The notes: generated by a model not told the origin, from the letters alone. A stretch of 64,000 nt of DNA from Octopus vulgaris (GCA_951406725.2 OX597814.1:84072001-84136000); one strand, 5' to 3'; counted from the first letter of the stretch, positions 27,966 through 40,550 are shown. Program-made: numbers and translations.

Positions 27966-28295
27966 TAAAGCTCAATGTGAGTTGGTCACGTTAGAGGGAA
28001 AGAAGAGTAAAACAATTATCAAAGTGGGAGTGAGCGAGTGTGAGAGGCGCTAAAAGGCGGGCAAACAGCTTTCAAAGGTTTTGCTTTGAAGACGTTGATA
28101 TTTTATAAGAAAAAGAAAATGGAAATTTTTATCGTAAATTGTATTTACTTTATCAGTTTCAACACGCACACATACACACACACACAAACATACACACACA
28201 AACAAATATATATATATGAAATTTAATATTAAACACTTTGTTTTCAAAATATTATCGTTCACATAACATCAATATACAAATGAAAGTATATATTG

Positions 28296-28570
28296 AGACC
28301 CCACTTCGGTCATGACTAACCGTGGGATTGTACCTAGGAAGTTACCCTCCCAGGCACAAGTCCGGGTAAGTTGTTTATGGAAGACCAGCAGTCGCCCATA
28401 CATACCGGCCTCCCCTCTCCACACCACCAGTGATATCCAAGGGAAAGGCAACGGTCGATACAGCTTGGCACCTGTGACGTCGCAACTCATTTCTACAGCT
28501 GAGTGAACTGGAGTAACGTGGAATAAAGTGTCTTGCTCAAGAACACAACACGCAGCCCGGTCCTGGATTC
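28296..28570 (-). mobile_element. SINE related to family C, 5'-truncated at the LINE junction
   Basis: CAGCTGAGTGAACTGGAGTAACGTG...TTGCTCAAGAACACAAC is shared with family C. Confidence 0.65.
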
Positions 28571-29467
28571 AAAATAGAAAGACGTGATTTATGTCGCAGC
28601 CTTTTTGCTTCTGAATAGTGTTTAAAGCTTGCCCTATTTTTATAGGGAGTTCATGTTTCAGATTAAAGAGAAGACAGACAGGGAAAAAAGATGGCTGCTG
28701 ATGACTAAAAGTAATAACCAGAAACGGAGGCTCTAATCTGTGCTGCCCAAGAGCAGGCGCTAAGAACAAACTACATAAAATATAGAATAGACAACACAAC
28801 AGAAAGTGATAAGTGCAGAATCTGTGGACAAAACGGTGAAACTGTACGGCATATTACCAGCCAATGTACGCCACTAGTTCAGAAGGAATATAAGAGGCAC
28901 CACGATAATATAGCCAGGCTTGTTCATTGGACACTTTGCAACAAGTATGGATTTCACAGAGCAAAAAATTGGTACGACCACAAACCTGAAGGCATCGTTG
29001 AAAATAGAAATGCAAAGATCCTATGGAATTTTATGATTCAGTGCGACCATGAGATAGAGAATAGGAAGCCGGACATAGTCTTAATTGAGAAAGAAAACAA
29101 ACTATGCTGGATCATAGATATAGCATACCCAGCTGACAACTAAGTATGCGATAAGGAAGAAAGAAAAGTCGAGTGATATGACAGGTTAGCTTGGGAAGTT
29201 AAGCAGCTGTGGTCGATAAAAAAAGGTATCAGTAGTACCAATAATTGTCGGAGCCCTGGGAACAATGAGCAAAAATTTCGAGAAGTACGTGGAACAAATA
29301 GGGGCTGCAATAAGGGTGAAGCACTTGCAATAAACAGCACTGCTTGGAACCGCTCGAATACTCCGGAAGGTGCTCGAAAAATAAGAGGTGTTACCTTAGT
29401 TCACTGGTAGTGAACAGCGTTAGAAGCTATGTAAAGGCAATAATAATGATGATGATGATGATGATAA
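28571..29467 (+). mobile_element. 3' end of an R4/Dong-like LINE (CCHC knuckle and restriction-like endonuclease)
   Basis: ETEALICAAQEQALRTN, CRICGQNGETVRHITSQC, RKPDIVLI...IIDIA, PIIVGALG, TALLGTARILRKVLE. Internal stops; (TAA/TGA)n tail. Confidence 0.9.
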
Positions 29468-29603
29468 CATTTTAACTGTTCTCAGTGCATTTTCAACTTC
29501 GATTTTCTTATATTTCAGATGATTTGGTTCGTAGACTTGCTGCTCTTATTTATGCATGCACGTTTAAATGACTGTGGCTCTGTACGAGTGTGTTTATGTA
29601 TGT

Positions 29604-29676
<73 letters not shown>

Positions 29677-30018
29677 CGTGCGTGTGTACATGTGTGTGAG
29701 AGAGAAAGAGTGCTTGTAAGTCTTTCAATATGTATATCTGTGTGTAGCCATCTTCCGGACGAAAAGTTAAAAAGGTAAGCGATCCGTCACCATCGCTTGG
29801 AACATCTTCGGTTTGATGAGAAAGTCGATATTATGACGTATCATTCTATACATTTTGTTTGCAGCCGGGTTAACTTATCTTTGCTTACAGCATTACTAAG
29901 GAAATCTAACTTGAAATTATAGAAGTAATTCGATAAAGAACATCGCTGAATTCTTGTTGCGGGCGCTATATTGGTGGCGCGGTAAAGATGATTTTCCAGA
30001 GAGAAACAAATATCTAAT

Positions 30019-30051
<33 letters not shown>

Positions 30052-30473
30052 GAAGAGGAGGAGGAGGAGGAGGAGAGGAGGAGGAGAGGAGGAGGAGAGG
30101 AGGAGAAGTGATTTATTTTGTTTGGGAACACGGATTAGTGGGTGTTATATGAACGGGTATTAAATGTGTAGGTGTAATTTACATTGAAATCGAAAGAAGG
30201 AAAATGAGAAACAAAATTTTCTTTCTGAATGACGAGGAGGCGGAGGTGGAGAAAGTGAAGAGGGAGATGATGACAATGAGAGGGGGTGAGGGAGGAGGAG
30301 GCAGGTGGTCAAGATGATGATGATGATTATCAACTGATGTTTTTGATATTGATGATGATGGTGATGGTGGTGGTGGTGGTGGTGGTGGTGGTGGTGATGG
30401 TAGTGGAGCTTTTAATAGCAGCAGCAGCAACAGCAACAGCAGCAGCAACCACATGATATATATATATATATCT

Positions 30474-30622
30474 TTTACTCTTTTACTCTTTTACTTGTTT
30501 CAGTCATTTGACTGCGGCCATGCTGGAGCACCGCCTTTAATCGAACAACTCGACCCCGGGACTTGTTCTTTTGCAAGCCCAGTACTTATTCTATCGGTCT
30601 CTTTTACCGAACCGCTAAGTAA
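30474..30622 (-). mobile_element. SINE family A, 3' half
   Basis: TTGTTTCAGTCATTTGACTGCGGCCATGCTGGAGCACCGCC...CCGAACCGCTAAGT. Confidence 0.75.
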
Positions 30623-30830
30623 CGCTAAGTATACATATTTTTTTTCTTGGATCCAAATCCCGGTTAACATTGCAATGAAACCGTATACGAATAAGAATAT
30701 GGCCGTAGTCATTTGACTGAAACGAATTAAAGAATGAATGCTTTCGTGAGTAGATGTTCAGTGGGAAGGATATGTGTGTGTGTCTGTGTGTGTGTATGTG
30801 TGTGTGTGTATTGGTATGTGTGTATTGGTA

Positions 30831-30972
<142 letters not shown>

Positions 30973-30976
30973 TCGG

Positions 30977-31339
30977 TTCAAATATGTTTGATATATATTT
31001 GACCTGTATTCACTGTTAATTTACCGCGGAGAATCTTTCTCGCTTAAGGCGATAGGGATTCAAAAACACCAACAGTCATTTCAAGGCAGCCTCTCTCGGT
31101 TGAATAGTGAGTGCATTCCTAGCTTCTTGGCCATCATTATCACCTAGTACCACAAGAGAGAAAATCCCGAAATGACATCGAACAGTAAAATCAGTATCAA
31201 GACATGCGCTGATCACGTGAGACACCGAGACGGGCCAAAGAAAATCCTGTGGTGGAAGCACGAAGCGGGAAAGGTTCTCCACGGCAAATTAGTGGATAAG
31301 GCCATTATATAGGTCAAATATATTCCAAACACATTTGAA
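30977..31339. mobile_element. MITE-like element with ~75-bp imperfect terminal inverted repeats
   Basis: Left TTCAAATATGTTTGATATATATTTGACCT...TAATTTACCGCGGAGAATCTTTCTCGCTT versus the reverse complement of the right end TTCAAATGTGTTTGGAATATATTTGACCT...TAATTTGCCGTGGAGAACCTTTCCCGCTT. Confidence 0.65.
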
Positions 31340-31641
31340 GTGATTCCAATGTATGTTTATTCGCAACACTGCTTCAGCGCACTCACTACAATGTATGCAT
31401 ACGTACATGGATACATACATACATACATACATACATACATACATACATACATACATACATACATACATACATACATACATACAAATGTATACACATATAT
31501 ATATATATATATATACATACATATATTTTTACTCGCGCTTTGATTCTTACAATCCATGCTCCTACATATGGTACTGGTATCAAATTTTTGGCACAAGGCC
31601 AGCAATTTAGGGGAGGGTGTAAATGGATTATATCGATCTCA

Positions 31642-31692
<51 letters not shown>

Positions 31693-31999
31693 CATTTACA
31701 TTACATAAATATATGTGTATGTAAATATGTACGTGTGTATTGTATATTAAATGAAATGAAAGGAAATGCCGCTGGTAATGGTAATTAGAGGTGATGTGAG
31801 TTGTGAATGGCAGTAAATGTACCATTGTATGGAAGTTATTCTTGTTCTGGTGGTGATAGTGGTGGTGGTGGTGGTGGTGGTGTTGGTGGTGTTGGTGGTG
31901 GTGTTGGTGGTGTTGGTGGTGTTGGTGGTGGTGGTGGTATGTTGGTGGAGTATGTTTACTTTCTCCTATAGTTTTACTAATACAGTGTGTGTGTGTATG

Positions 32000-32054
<55 letters not shown>

Positions 32055-32302
32055 GTATGCACCGTCTGCACACTGATGACAGCTAATTAAAGAAAAATAA
32101 ACGGCCACAGCTTCACCCATAGCTGTGTTCCTAATCTTTACATAATTTGTCCCTGACAACCCCCTCTCTCTCTTTCTCTCTCTATGTGTGTGTGTATATA
32201 AACATACATGCATACATACATGCATGTGTACATAAATACATACAAACATACATACAAATGTGGTGTACGCTTGTATACACATGCATGAAAAGATAATTAT
32301 AT

Positions 32303-32372
<70 letters not shown>

Positions 32373-33022
32373 TATGTATGTCATTGTTCAGTTTTATTTC
32401 AAGATTTCTTGCCAACAGAGAAAAAGCCGGTTTGTAACCTAGATCCAAGGCTCCTTCATTGGAATTTCAACATCAACAGGGTATTTCTGTTTGTATGTAT
32501 ATATGTATATGTGAGATTTGTATGTTTTTATTATGTATGTATCCCCATGTATATAGTTGCCTATCTAGACATGTATGCATGTATGTATGCATGCATGCAT
32601 GAAGTAATAGATATACTACACGAAATGAAATGAACGGAAACATTAGGTAAATTTCGAGCGTATTATTTTAATGAAACACATTTTTCTTGTCCCTGAGCAG
32701 AAAAAGCGACTGGGCTGGCTTGTATTAATATTTGTTATTTGTTCTTCTGAGATCGGATACTTATTTTCTGGCCACGAAGAAAACAGTTATCTTACAACTG
32801 TTTATAGTAAACCCAAATTTGGGAAGAACTTGATTAATCTGATTAATTAGCATAACAGTTTAAATGTTTTGCAGCGAGATTTGGTTAATTAATTAATAAA
32901 GCATTATACTGCTTCGGGATAATTAGAAATTCAAGGTAAACTTAAGTATATCAGCTTATTTCTCTTTCTGTTGTGTATACTTACACATAGACACAGACAC
33001 AGACATGCTCGCATATATGTAT

Positions 33023-33057
<35 letters not shown>

Positions 33058-33569
33058 CTCATATATATATACATGTACACATACACACTCATATGAATGC
33101 ATGTATGTATGTATGTATGTATGTATGTATGTATGTATGTATGTATGTATGTATGTATGTATGTATGCGTGTATATATAAATGTAAGCAATCATTCTTTT
33201 TGGGGAATAGAAAATGAGTAACTGGTGAAATGCTAATAAACACCGAAGTTAGTCAGATCGATATTTCTGCTCTACAAGGAAACAACTGTGACCTAATGAC
33301 AGCATCTATTTCTCATAATGTGGTTAAAAACCGTGTGTTTATTGAAAACACGCGGTCGTTAACTTAAAGTACTTGGGTAGTTTCTACATACGTTGTCTCA
33401 TTGGCTACGCTGTGCTGTGAGAGGATTTCAGAAGACCAATCACCATTTATGTGATTTGAGACATAACACGCATTATGGCTGCAATAAGAAGTCTTTAGAT
33501 AGATCGGAAGAACCGCTCTTACTCTTCCGGCTTTTCTGAAGAATGGTAGGTGTAGATGGCTATCTGACT

Positions 33570-33913
33570 CGTTTCAGTCATTTGACTGCGGTCATGCTGG
33601 GGCATCGCCTTGAAGAGTTTTAGTTGAATAAATCTCCACAATACTTATTCTTTTAAGTCTGGTACTATTCTCGAATCGTTCACTTTTATCGACCTACTGG
33701 ATTACGCGAACGCAAACAAACCAACATCGGTAGTCATGCGGTGGGAGAGAACAGACAAAGACACACACATAAACACACAGACACACATACCAATATATAT
33801 ACACATATACTGCATCTTCCAGACAGTTTCCTCACACGGTGCGCGCAATGAGACTGAACACGAAACTATGTGGCAGTAAAGCGAGCTTCTTAACCACACA
33901 GCCATGCCTGCTC
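33570..33913 (-). mobile_element. SINE family A (diverged)
   Basis: Antisense tail GTTTCAGTCATTTGACTGCGG and antisense head CTTCTTAACCACACAGCCATGCCTG. Confidence 0.7.
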
Positions 33914-33984
33914 CTATATTATGCTTCACTTATGATAAAACATTTACTGAAAAATGATTTCTAATATTGAATTAAAGCAATCAA

Positions 33985-34135
33985 GGAGTGGTTGTGCGGT
34001 AAAGAAGCTTACTTCCCAACCATGTGGTCTCGGGTTCAGTCTCACCACGCGTCATCTTAGACAAGTGCCTTCTACCAAAACTTTGTGAGTGGACTTGGTG
34101 GACGGAAACTAAAAGTAGTCCATCGTGTGTGCGTT
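33985..34135 (+). mobile_element. SINE family A, 5' half
   Basis: GGAGTGGTTGTGCGGTAAAGAAGCTTACTTCCCAACCATGTGG...GGACGGAAACT. Confidence 0.65.
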
Positions 34136-34149
34136 ATTATATATACATA

Positions 34150-34440
34150 ACCAGATCCAGCCGAAACTGTTGCTATAAACTAGTATTACCAAGCATAGAT
34201 TGGCATATTTTGGTTATATTATGCGGAGAAAATCACTGGAGAAGGACATCATGCTCGGAATGGTCAGTGGCAAGAGAGGAAGAGGCCGACCAAGAACCCG
34301 CTGGCTTGACACCATCAAGAGTGACACGGGAATGGCCATAGCCAATCTGAAAGAAGCGACCCAGGATAAAACTGGCTGGAGAACACTGATCCATGGAGTA
34401 ACCGAGAGTCGACTCCGACTGAGCGGGTAAGGAAGGAAAG

Positions 34441-34441
<1 letters not shown>
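34150..34441 (+). mobile_element. 3' end of an RTE (BovB-like) LINE
   Basis: YFGYIMRRKSLEKDIMLGMVSGKRGRGRPRTRWLDTI...WRTLIHGVTESRLRL, the typical RTE C-terminus. Confidence 0.9.
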
Positions 34442-34494
<53 letters not shown>

Positions 34495-34694
34495 TAAATG
34501 ATTAATACGGAAGACAGAGTGTACTGGAAGTTTTATTTAGGACAAATAAAGCAACGAAAGTGCACTACCCCGGATGACGCCTGGTAGCTGCAAGCAGTGA
34601 ACGTACCCTGCAAGCACATTACAAGGGACATTCCCATATGGTTTCGATACTGCACCTTAAATTTCCCTACCTAAACTTCAATTTTAAATACAAC

Positions 34695-34971
34695 TTTTAT
34701 ATATATATGATACAAAAATGGGACAGGAACGCTAAACATCCAGACAGACAATACAAACAAAACAAGGACAGGTCATTCAGAATTTTCTCTTCTCAGTCGA
34801 GTTCCAGATTATCTTTGCAATTTCGGCTGGTTATACTCGACTGAAGAAAGAAAACTCCGAATGACCCTTCCTTGTTTTCTGTCTGAATGATTTATTGTCC
34901 CTTTTTTGTATCACTTAACTGTCTAGATGTTTTGCGCTCCTGTCCCATTTTTGTATTTTTTATATATAAAA
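34695..34971. repeat. Imperfect fold-back element (Penelope-like pLTR plus inverted partial copy)
   Basis: ATACAAAAATGGGACAGGA...CTCAGTCGAG pairs with CTCGACTGA...TCCTGTCCCATTTTTGTAT. Short (TA)n at both ends; same family as 1166-1465. Confidence 0.7.
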
Positions 34972-35014
34972 ATATAGCGGCGTACATACACTTTGGTCTC
35001 TCTCTCTCTCTCTC

Positions 35015-35067
<53 letters not shown>

Positions 35068-35086
35068 TTATTTATTTTATAGAAGG

Positions 35087-35137
35087 AGCTTCTACAGGAC
35101 TAGAACTGTTTCATTCAAATGAAATCATCAGGAAGCT
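35087..35137 (-). ncRNA. Type I hammerhead ribozyme (mirror copy)
   Basis: Exact reverse complement of 35418-35468. Confidence 0.75.
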
Positions 35138-35417
35138 TGGTGTCAAGAATAGTTTTGGCATTTATACATTTAGGCAGATTTAATGGGGTGGTGGTGTGGG
35201 ACTTTTTTGGGGTAGGCAGGGCACAAACTGTCCTTCTTAGGGGAGTGGTCAAAAGAATCAGTGATAAAGTAGATAAATTTATCTACTTTATCACTGATTC
35301 TTTTGACCACTCCCCTAAGAAGGACAGTTTGTGCCCTGCCTACCCCAAAAAAGTCCCCCACCACCACCCCATTAAATCTGCCTAAATGTATAAATGCCAA
35401 AACTATTCTTGACACCA

Positions 35418-35468
35418 AGCTTCCTGATGATTTCATTTGAATGAAACAGTTCTAGTCCTGTAGAAGCT
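35418..35468 (+). ncRNA. Type I hammerhead ribozyme
   Basis: AGCTTC-CTGATGA-TTTCATTTGAAT-GAAA-CAG-TTCTAGTC-CTG-TA^GAAGCT: 6-bp stem I, conserved core, stem II TTCA/TGAA, stem III ACAG/CTGT, GUA cleavage triplet (cut predicted after 35462). Confidence 0.75.
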
Positions 35469-35572
35469 CCTTCTATAAAATAAATTAATTTACTCTGCAA
35501 TGTATTGAGTACCTTATTTACTGTGGTTAACCCCGACTCAACCCGGGACCTACATATATATATATATGTATA

Positions 35573-35627
<55 letters not shown>

Positions 35628-35639
35628 TATATATATGTG

Positions 35640-35673
<34 letters not shown>

Positions 35674-35786
35674 TGTATGTATGTATGTATGTATGTATGT
35701 ATGTATGTATGTATGTATGTATCTGTGTGTGTGTGTGTGTGTGTCCTTGTATTTGTTCGTTTCCATCCCTGAATCTTTGTGGTTCG

Positions 35787-35920
35787 GCCTAAAATAATGA
35801 TGGAATAAACATAAGGCTTAAAAAATAAGTACTGGAATCGATATGTTTGACTAAAACCTTTCAAAGCAATGCCCCAGCATGGCCACAGTCCAGTGACTGG
35901 AACAAGTAAAAGATAAAAGG
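35787..35920 (+). mobile_element. SINE family A, 3' part
   Basis: ATAAGTACTGG...TTTGACTAAA...CCCCAGCATGGCCACAGTCCAGTGACTGG. Confidence 0.6.
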
Positions 35921-36805
35921 TAGACGATAACTATTCGGCATATACACGATTAGATGAACACAGCCAACGCAAGATCCTCAAAGTCAACTGTTCCCAGCAT
36001 GGTTTCCTTGGAGTCCGGGCTGTCTACAAAGATGGGAATAGGGACCTGTGACGTGTTCAAAATTTTAAATGCCTGCACTAGAAAATATATGATTACTCAC
36101 TCATATATTCAGTAATAGATATATATGTATGTATATACACGCATACACACACACATATGTACATATACATACATACATACATACATACATACATACATAC
36201 ATACATACATACATACATACATACATACAAACATACATTTTTCAACTGATTGATGAAACTGGGAAAACGAGTTTGTTGTTAGTTAACAAAATCAGCTTAT
36301 TAAGTACACTGACTTTTCAAAATTCTGGGGTCCGTGAGAAAATTTATTGACATAAAAATGGGTCCTTAGGAACAGAAAGCAAGTGAACTTTGCTCTCTGC
36401 GATTGCTTGATCTGATCTGCTTGAAATAGCAGCCAAATATCCCTCAAATTAGACCCTACCGTTTTAAAAAAGGAAACGTTAGATAACACGGTTCAGGGTT
36501 CTCTTCATACAGGAAAAATATGAGATGGTCATGATTGGAATGCCTTCGATTTTAACTCAGACTCTATCAGTGTTGATGTGTGGCTAAGCAACAACTGTTA
36601 CAATTTGATCAACCGTACTGAACGCTTCATTAAATAGTAACTAAATTATTCCGGTACTTTTATCCGACGCTCCACTGATTCAGCCAGCTTTATACCTTTA
36701 CTGAAATTACATATCAAACGTGAACAAGCACACATACATACACACACGCGAAATATATGCCTTTTCACCTCATGATCACGTCAACACTTGTATCGTAGAA
36801 TCACC

Positions 36806-36948
36806 TGGCTGCGGCCATGTTGGGACATCGCCTTGAAGAGTTTTAGTCGAAGAAATCGGCCTCCCAGTACATATTCTCGAATCGTTCTCTTTTACCGAAC
36901 TACTGGTTTACGCGAACGCAAACAAGCCAACATCGGTTGACATGGCGG
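36806..36948 (-). mobile_element. SINE family A fragment
   Basis: GCTGCGGCCATGTTGGGACATCGCCTTGAAG...CAACATCGGTTG. Confidence 0.6.
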
Positions 36949-37054
36949 TTGTTTCCCGCCTTCTCTCCCCCTCTCTCTCTTTCACTATCTAATCTATATG
37001 TCTGTCTTGTGACTTATCTACTTCACGAGGCCTTAATGCATACATCTGTGTATC

Positions 37055-37105
<51 letters not shown>

Positions 37106-37417
37106 ATGTGTATATATGTGTGTGTGTGTGTATTAACATTTGACATGTAATTTTAACAAAGGTGTAAGCGTAGTGCATTCGTTTATTTAAAACGAGGATT
37201 TCGACGTTTACTCGAGTTTTATGTGTAGTGGTCTCTCAGGCGATTAATTCAGTTACCTGAGCTCTTGCATTTCTTTACGTGTCATTCTTATTGGTCGGTC
37301 TATTGGATTGGTCAATGAAAATCGACCAGTGAGAATGATAACCACAAATGAAAATTGGTATTTTAATACCTAAATTAGTCGACATGTGAAATTCGAGTAC
37401 CGGTCAAAATCTCATCA

Positions 37418-37497
<80 letters not shown>

Positions 37498-38068
37498 CGT
37501 GTGTGTGTGTGTGTATCTGTGTGTGCGTGTTTGTGAGTATATATGTGCGTTGTGTTTGTGTGTATATATTTGTGTGTGTGTGTCTGTGTGTGTGCGCGTG
37601 TTAGTGTGTAACATATTTTATGCATGTATGTATGTATTTATGACCAAGTCAAATGTCACTTTTCAAATGCACAAGTATTTGCACAAGTCAAACGGTTGAA
37701 GATGTTCTCAGTAACAGAAATTTGCTCGGTTTCCAACTGCAGATGGAAGAAAAATGAGGAGTCAATGCTGGAGTTGAATGAGAAAGAAGTGCTACAAAAG
37801 GACAAGAAACACACGCACACAATCTTTCTGTCTGTCAGTCTCTCTCTCTCTCACACACACACACAGAAGCAAGGCTTCAAGCAGAATGATTATGAATTAT
37901 ATGAAGGAGACTTGAATAAACCCCCGTCACAGTTTTTCTAAACAGTTTGAGTTTCTCTTGAACGTAGAGGCCATCATACGTCAGATATGAAGCATATACA
38001 CATACATGGAAACATGCGTACATATATACACACATCCACACATAATACATCGACACATACATATACAC

Positions 38069-38099
<31 letters not shown>

Positions 38100-38749
38100 C
38101 GTACACACATACGCTTACACATTCGAAATAAAAATATAAACGTAAAATAACAAAATATCTCAAATATGTTCATGCCTCACATTGTAATGAATTTTCATTA
38201 CATTGTACACTCTTACGGCCCCTAACCAATCCCACTGATTTAATAAGGGTCATGTCACACAGCTTACCAAACTAGGTCTTCTATGGTGTATTTTACTTCA
38301 TATTGTTTCCTAATTTGTTATGCTTTCTGATTTCATCTACGATTGACCTTTTTTCTTCTTTACTTTTCAGGAAGGTCAGCTAAAAATAGGACGATGGTGA
38401 GGTGTTAAAAAGATGAGGTGGGGAAGCAACACAAAAAGAGTTCAGAAACGAATAAGATAAAAATGGTTCTGGAATTTTGTTATGGACGTGTGTTGAGCGG
38501 TGTGGTGAAGTGGATAGGAGTGGAAATGTCAACGTAGACAAAACGTGTAATGATAGTTGTAGTTAATGAACAGTTGCTGGTGATTCTTTAAATGTCTAGA
38601 TTGGAGATGGTGTGGTTTGCGCTAGTGGGGTGTTGTGTGTGGTTTGGATAATCCAGAGATTATCCATCGCCAGCGCTACAAACATCGTAATTGTTCATTC
38701 CAATGCCATTATCGCCGCCACCATTAGCATACTTGCATTTACTTACAAA

Positions 38750-38957
38750 TAATCCTTTCTGTTATAGGCACAATGCCTCTGAAATTTTGGGAGAAGCGGG
38801 TAGTCGATTATATCGATCCCCCCCCCCATCCCCCATCCAACTCCGAAAGGATGAAAGTCAACTTCAGCGGAATTTGTATTTAGAAAGTAAAGCTGGAAGA
38901 AATGCCGCTAAGCACTTTTTTTCGGTGATGTAACGTCTTTGCCAGCTCGCCGCCTTA
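38750..38957 (-). mobile_element. SINE family B copy
   Basis: CCGAAAGGATGAAAG...AAATGCCGCTAAGCA...GCCAGCTCGCCGCCTT. Confidence 0.65.
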
Positions 38958-39070
38958 TATCTACATACAAATAATGATATATATATATTTACATACATCT
39001 GTAGAGTAATATTCCCGTTTCTCCTGTGATGGTGGATGAGCTGATGATGAAATTAAAATAAGGCAAAATA

Positions 39071-39285
39071 TTGGTTTCAGATTTTGGTACAAGGCTAGAA
39101 TGTTCGGAGAAAGGGGCTAAGTCGATTAAATTGACCCCAGTACTCAAACAGTACCTATTTTATCAATCCCGAAAGGATGAAAGGCAAAGTCGACCTTGGC
39201 GGAATTTGAAGTTAAACCGTAAAGACGGACAAAATGCTGCTCAGTATTTTGCCGGCGTGCTAACGATTCTGGTAGCTCGCCGCAT
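39071..39285 (-). mobile_element. SINE family B copy
   Basis: CCCGAAAGGATGAAAGGCAAAGTCGACCTTGGCGGAATTTGAA...GCTAACGATTCTGG. Confidence 0.7.
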
Positions 39286-39361
39286 TAATAAGGCCAAATA
39301 TTAAAAAAAGGATTTGTCCATTACATACAGTCTTGACTAAAAATCTATACTCTTATACCTT

Positions 39362-39707
39362 CCGGTATGGCGGTGTCGTTAAGAAGCTTGCTTTGTAACT
39401 TAATGACTTAGGGTTCAGTCCTACTGCGCAGCACTTTGAGCAAGTGTCTTCTACTATAGCCCCAAGTCGACCAATACCTTGTGACTGAATTTAGTAGACG
39501 GAAACTGTAGAAACCCATTAGATATATGTGCGTGCACGCGCACATGTGTGTGTGTGGTGCGCCTGCCTTTGTGGCTGTCTTTGTCCCTCCACCTACCGCT
39601 TGGCCCGACTATAAAAAAAGTAGTTCTGAGATCGATTTGTTCGACTAAGACCTTCGAGGCAATGCCCCAGCATGGTCGTAATCAAATGATAAGTAAAACG
39701 TAAAAGA
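39362..39707 (+). mobile_element. SINE family A (diverged)
   Basis: GTTAAGAAGCTTGCTT...GGGTTCAGTCC...GTAGACGGAAACTG...CCCCAGCATGG. Confidence 0.65.
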
Positions 39708-40013
39708 TAGTACAGTATATAACCTACACACTTATACATATGTTTATAGCAATTCATTTCTATATGTGCACTGTATGATTCTAACTGTACATATACGTGT
39801 TTGTAAGTAGATAAACATGTTTGAGCGCGCATGCGACCGTGTTTTGGTTTGTCCATTTGTAGAATGCAAGTGTTGTCTAAACTACGTGTGCGTGTGATTC
39901 GATACATATAGATATCTGTGCTTGGATATATTAAGCCATCACTCGAAATAGAACATGTGTGATATTATCCACTGGTAATTGTAACTTGCAGTCAAGCATA
40001 CATACATACATTA

Positions 40014-40486
40014 TCAACGCACATACAATGTCTGCTGCCAGAAATAAGGTCTTTCAGCAGCCACTCCATTGACCCAGGGCAGCACTACCTCTTCCAGGCA
40101 CTTGATGTAGGCCTCCGTGTTGAGTCTGAATCCGTGTGGGAAGATGAATGAAGGTATAACGTCGCCATCACTAGTGATCACTTCTAACACTATGATGCTG
40201 ACTGGATGTTTGATTTGTATCGCACTCGGTACATATCCACAGATTGCACTGTCCTCAGATTGACACCCAAACACTCTGAAATGTTCGTATTGGAGCTTCT
40301 GAGCGAATGCTATGCAATACAGCATGTCGTTTCCAAATTTCTGGCAGAGTGAATTGAGTCATGGTGCTGTTTTACTCACAGACGGTGCCCGACTGACCCT
40401 ACCATACTGTGTAGTCGACAAAATTAAAAGCAATGCACATGCGCAAAATTAAAAATATATAATGTTGACAATTTACCTATCGCACC

Positions 40487-40489
<3 letters not shown>
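40014..40489 (-). mobile_element. Tc1/mariner-superfamily transposon remnant
   Basis: KHPVSIIV...ITSDGDVIPSFIFPHGFRLNTEAYIKCLEEVVLPW...RPYFWQQ (DDE/D core). TIR-like TA|CAGGGTGCGATAGGTAAATTG at 40489. Confidence 0.8.

Positions 40490-40550
<61 letters not shown>

Larger units (their letters stand above)
35070..35485. repeat. Spacer-less 416-bp palindrome (208-bp arms, one mismatch seen); inverted Penelope-like pLTR pair in (TA)n
   Basis: Centre AGATAAA|TTTATCT at 35277/35278. The ORFs 35119+ and 35170- are identical except W/G. The right arm continues ~65 bp to (TA)n at ~35552. Confidence 0.95.

Noticed and set aside
30980-31004. Resemblance to miR-190 (ATATGTTTGATATAT)
   Set aside because: Seed mismatch and no local star arm. 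It is better explained as the left TIR of the 30977-31339 element.
35119-35436. Pair of near-identical 88-aa ORFs on opposite strands
   Set aside because: A consequence of the palindrome; no protein motif.
38371-38396. Possible plus-strand micro-exon (TTTTCAG|GAAGG...GATG|GTGAGG)
   Set aside because: Splice-like signals only, no homology; such motifs are common by chance in AT-rich DNA.
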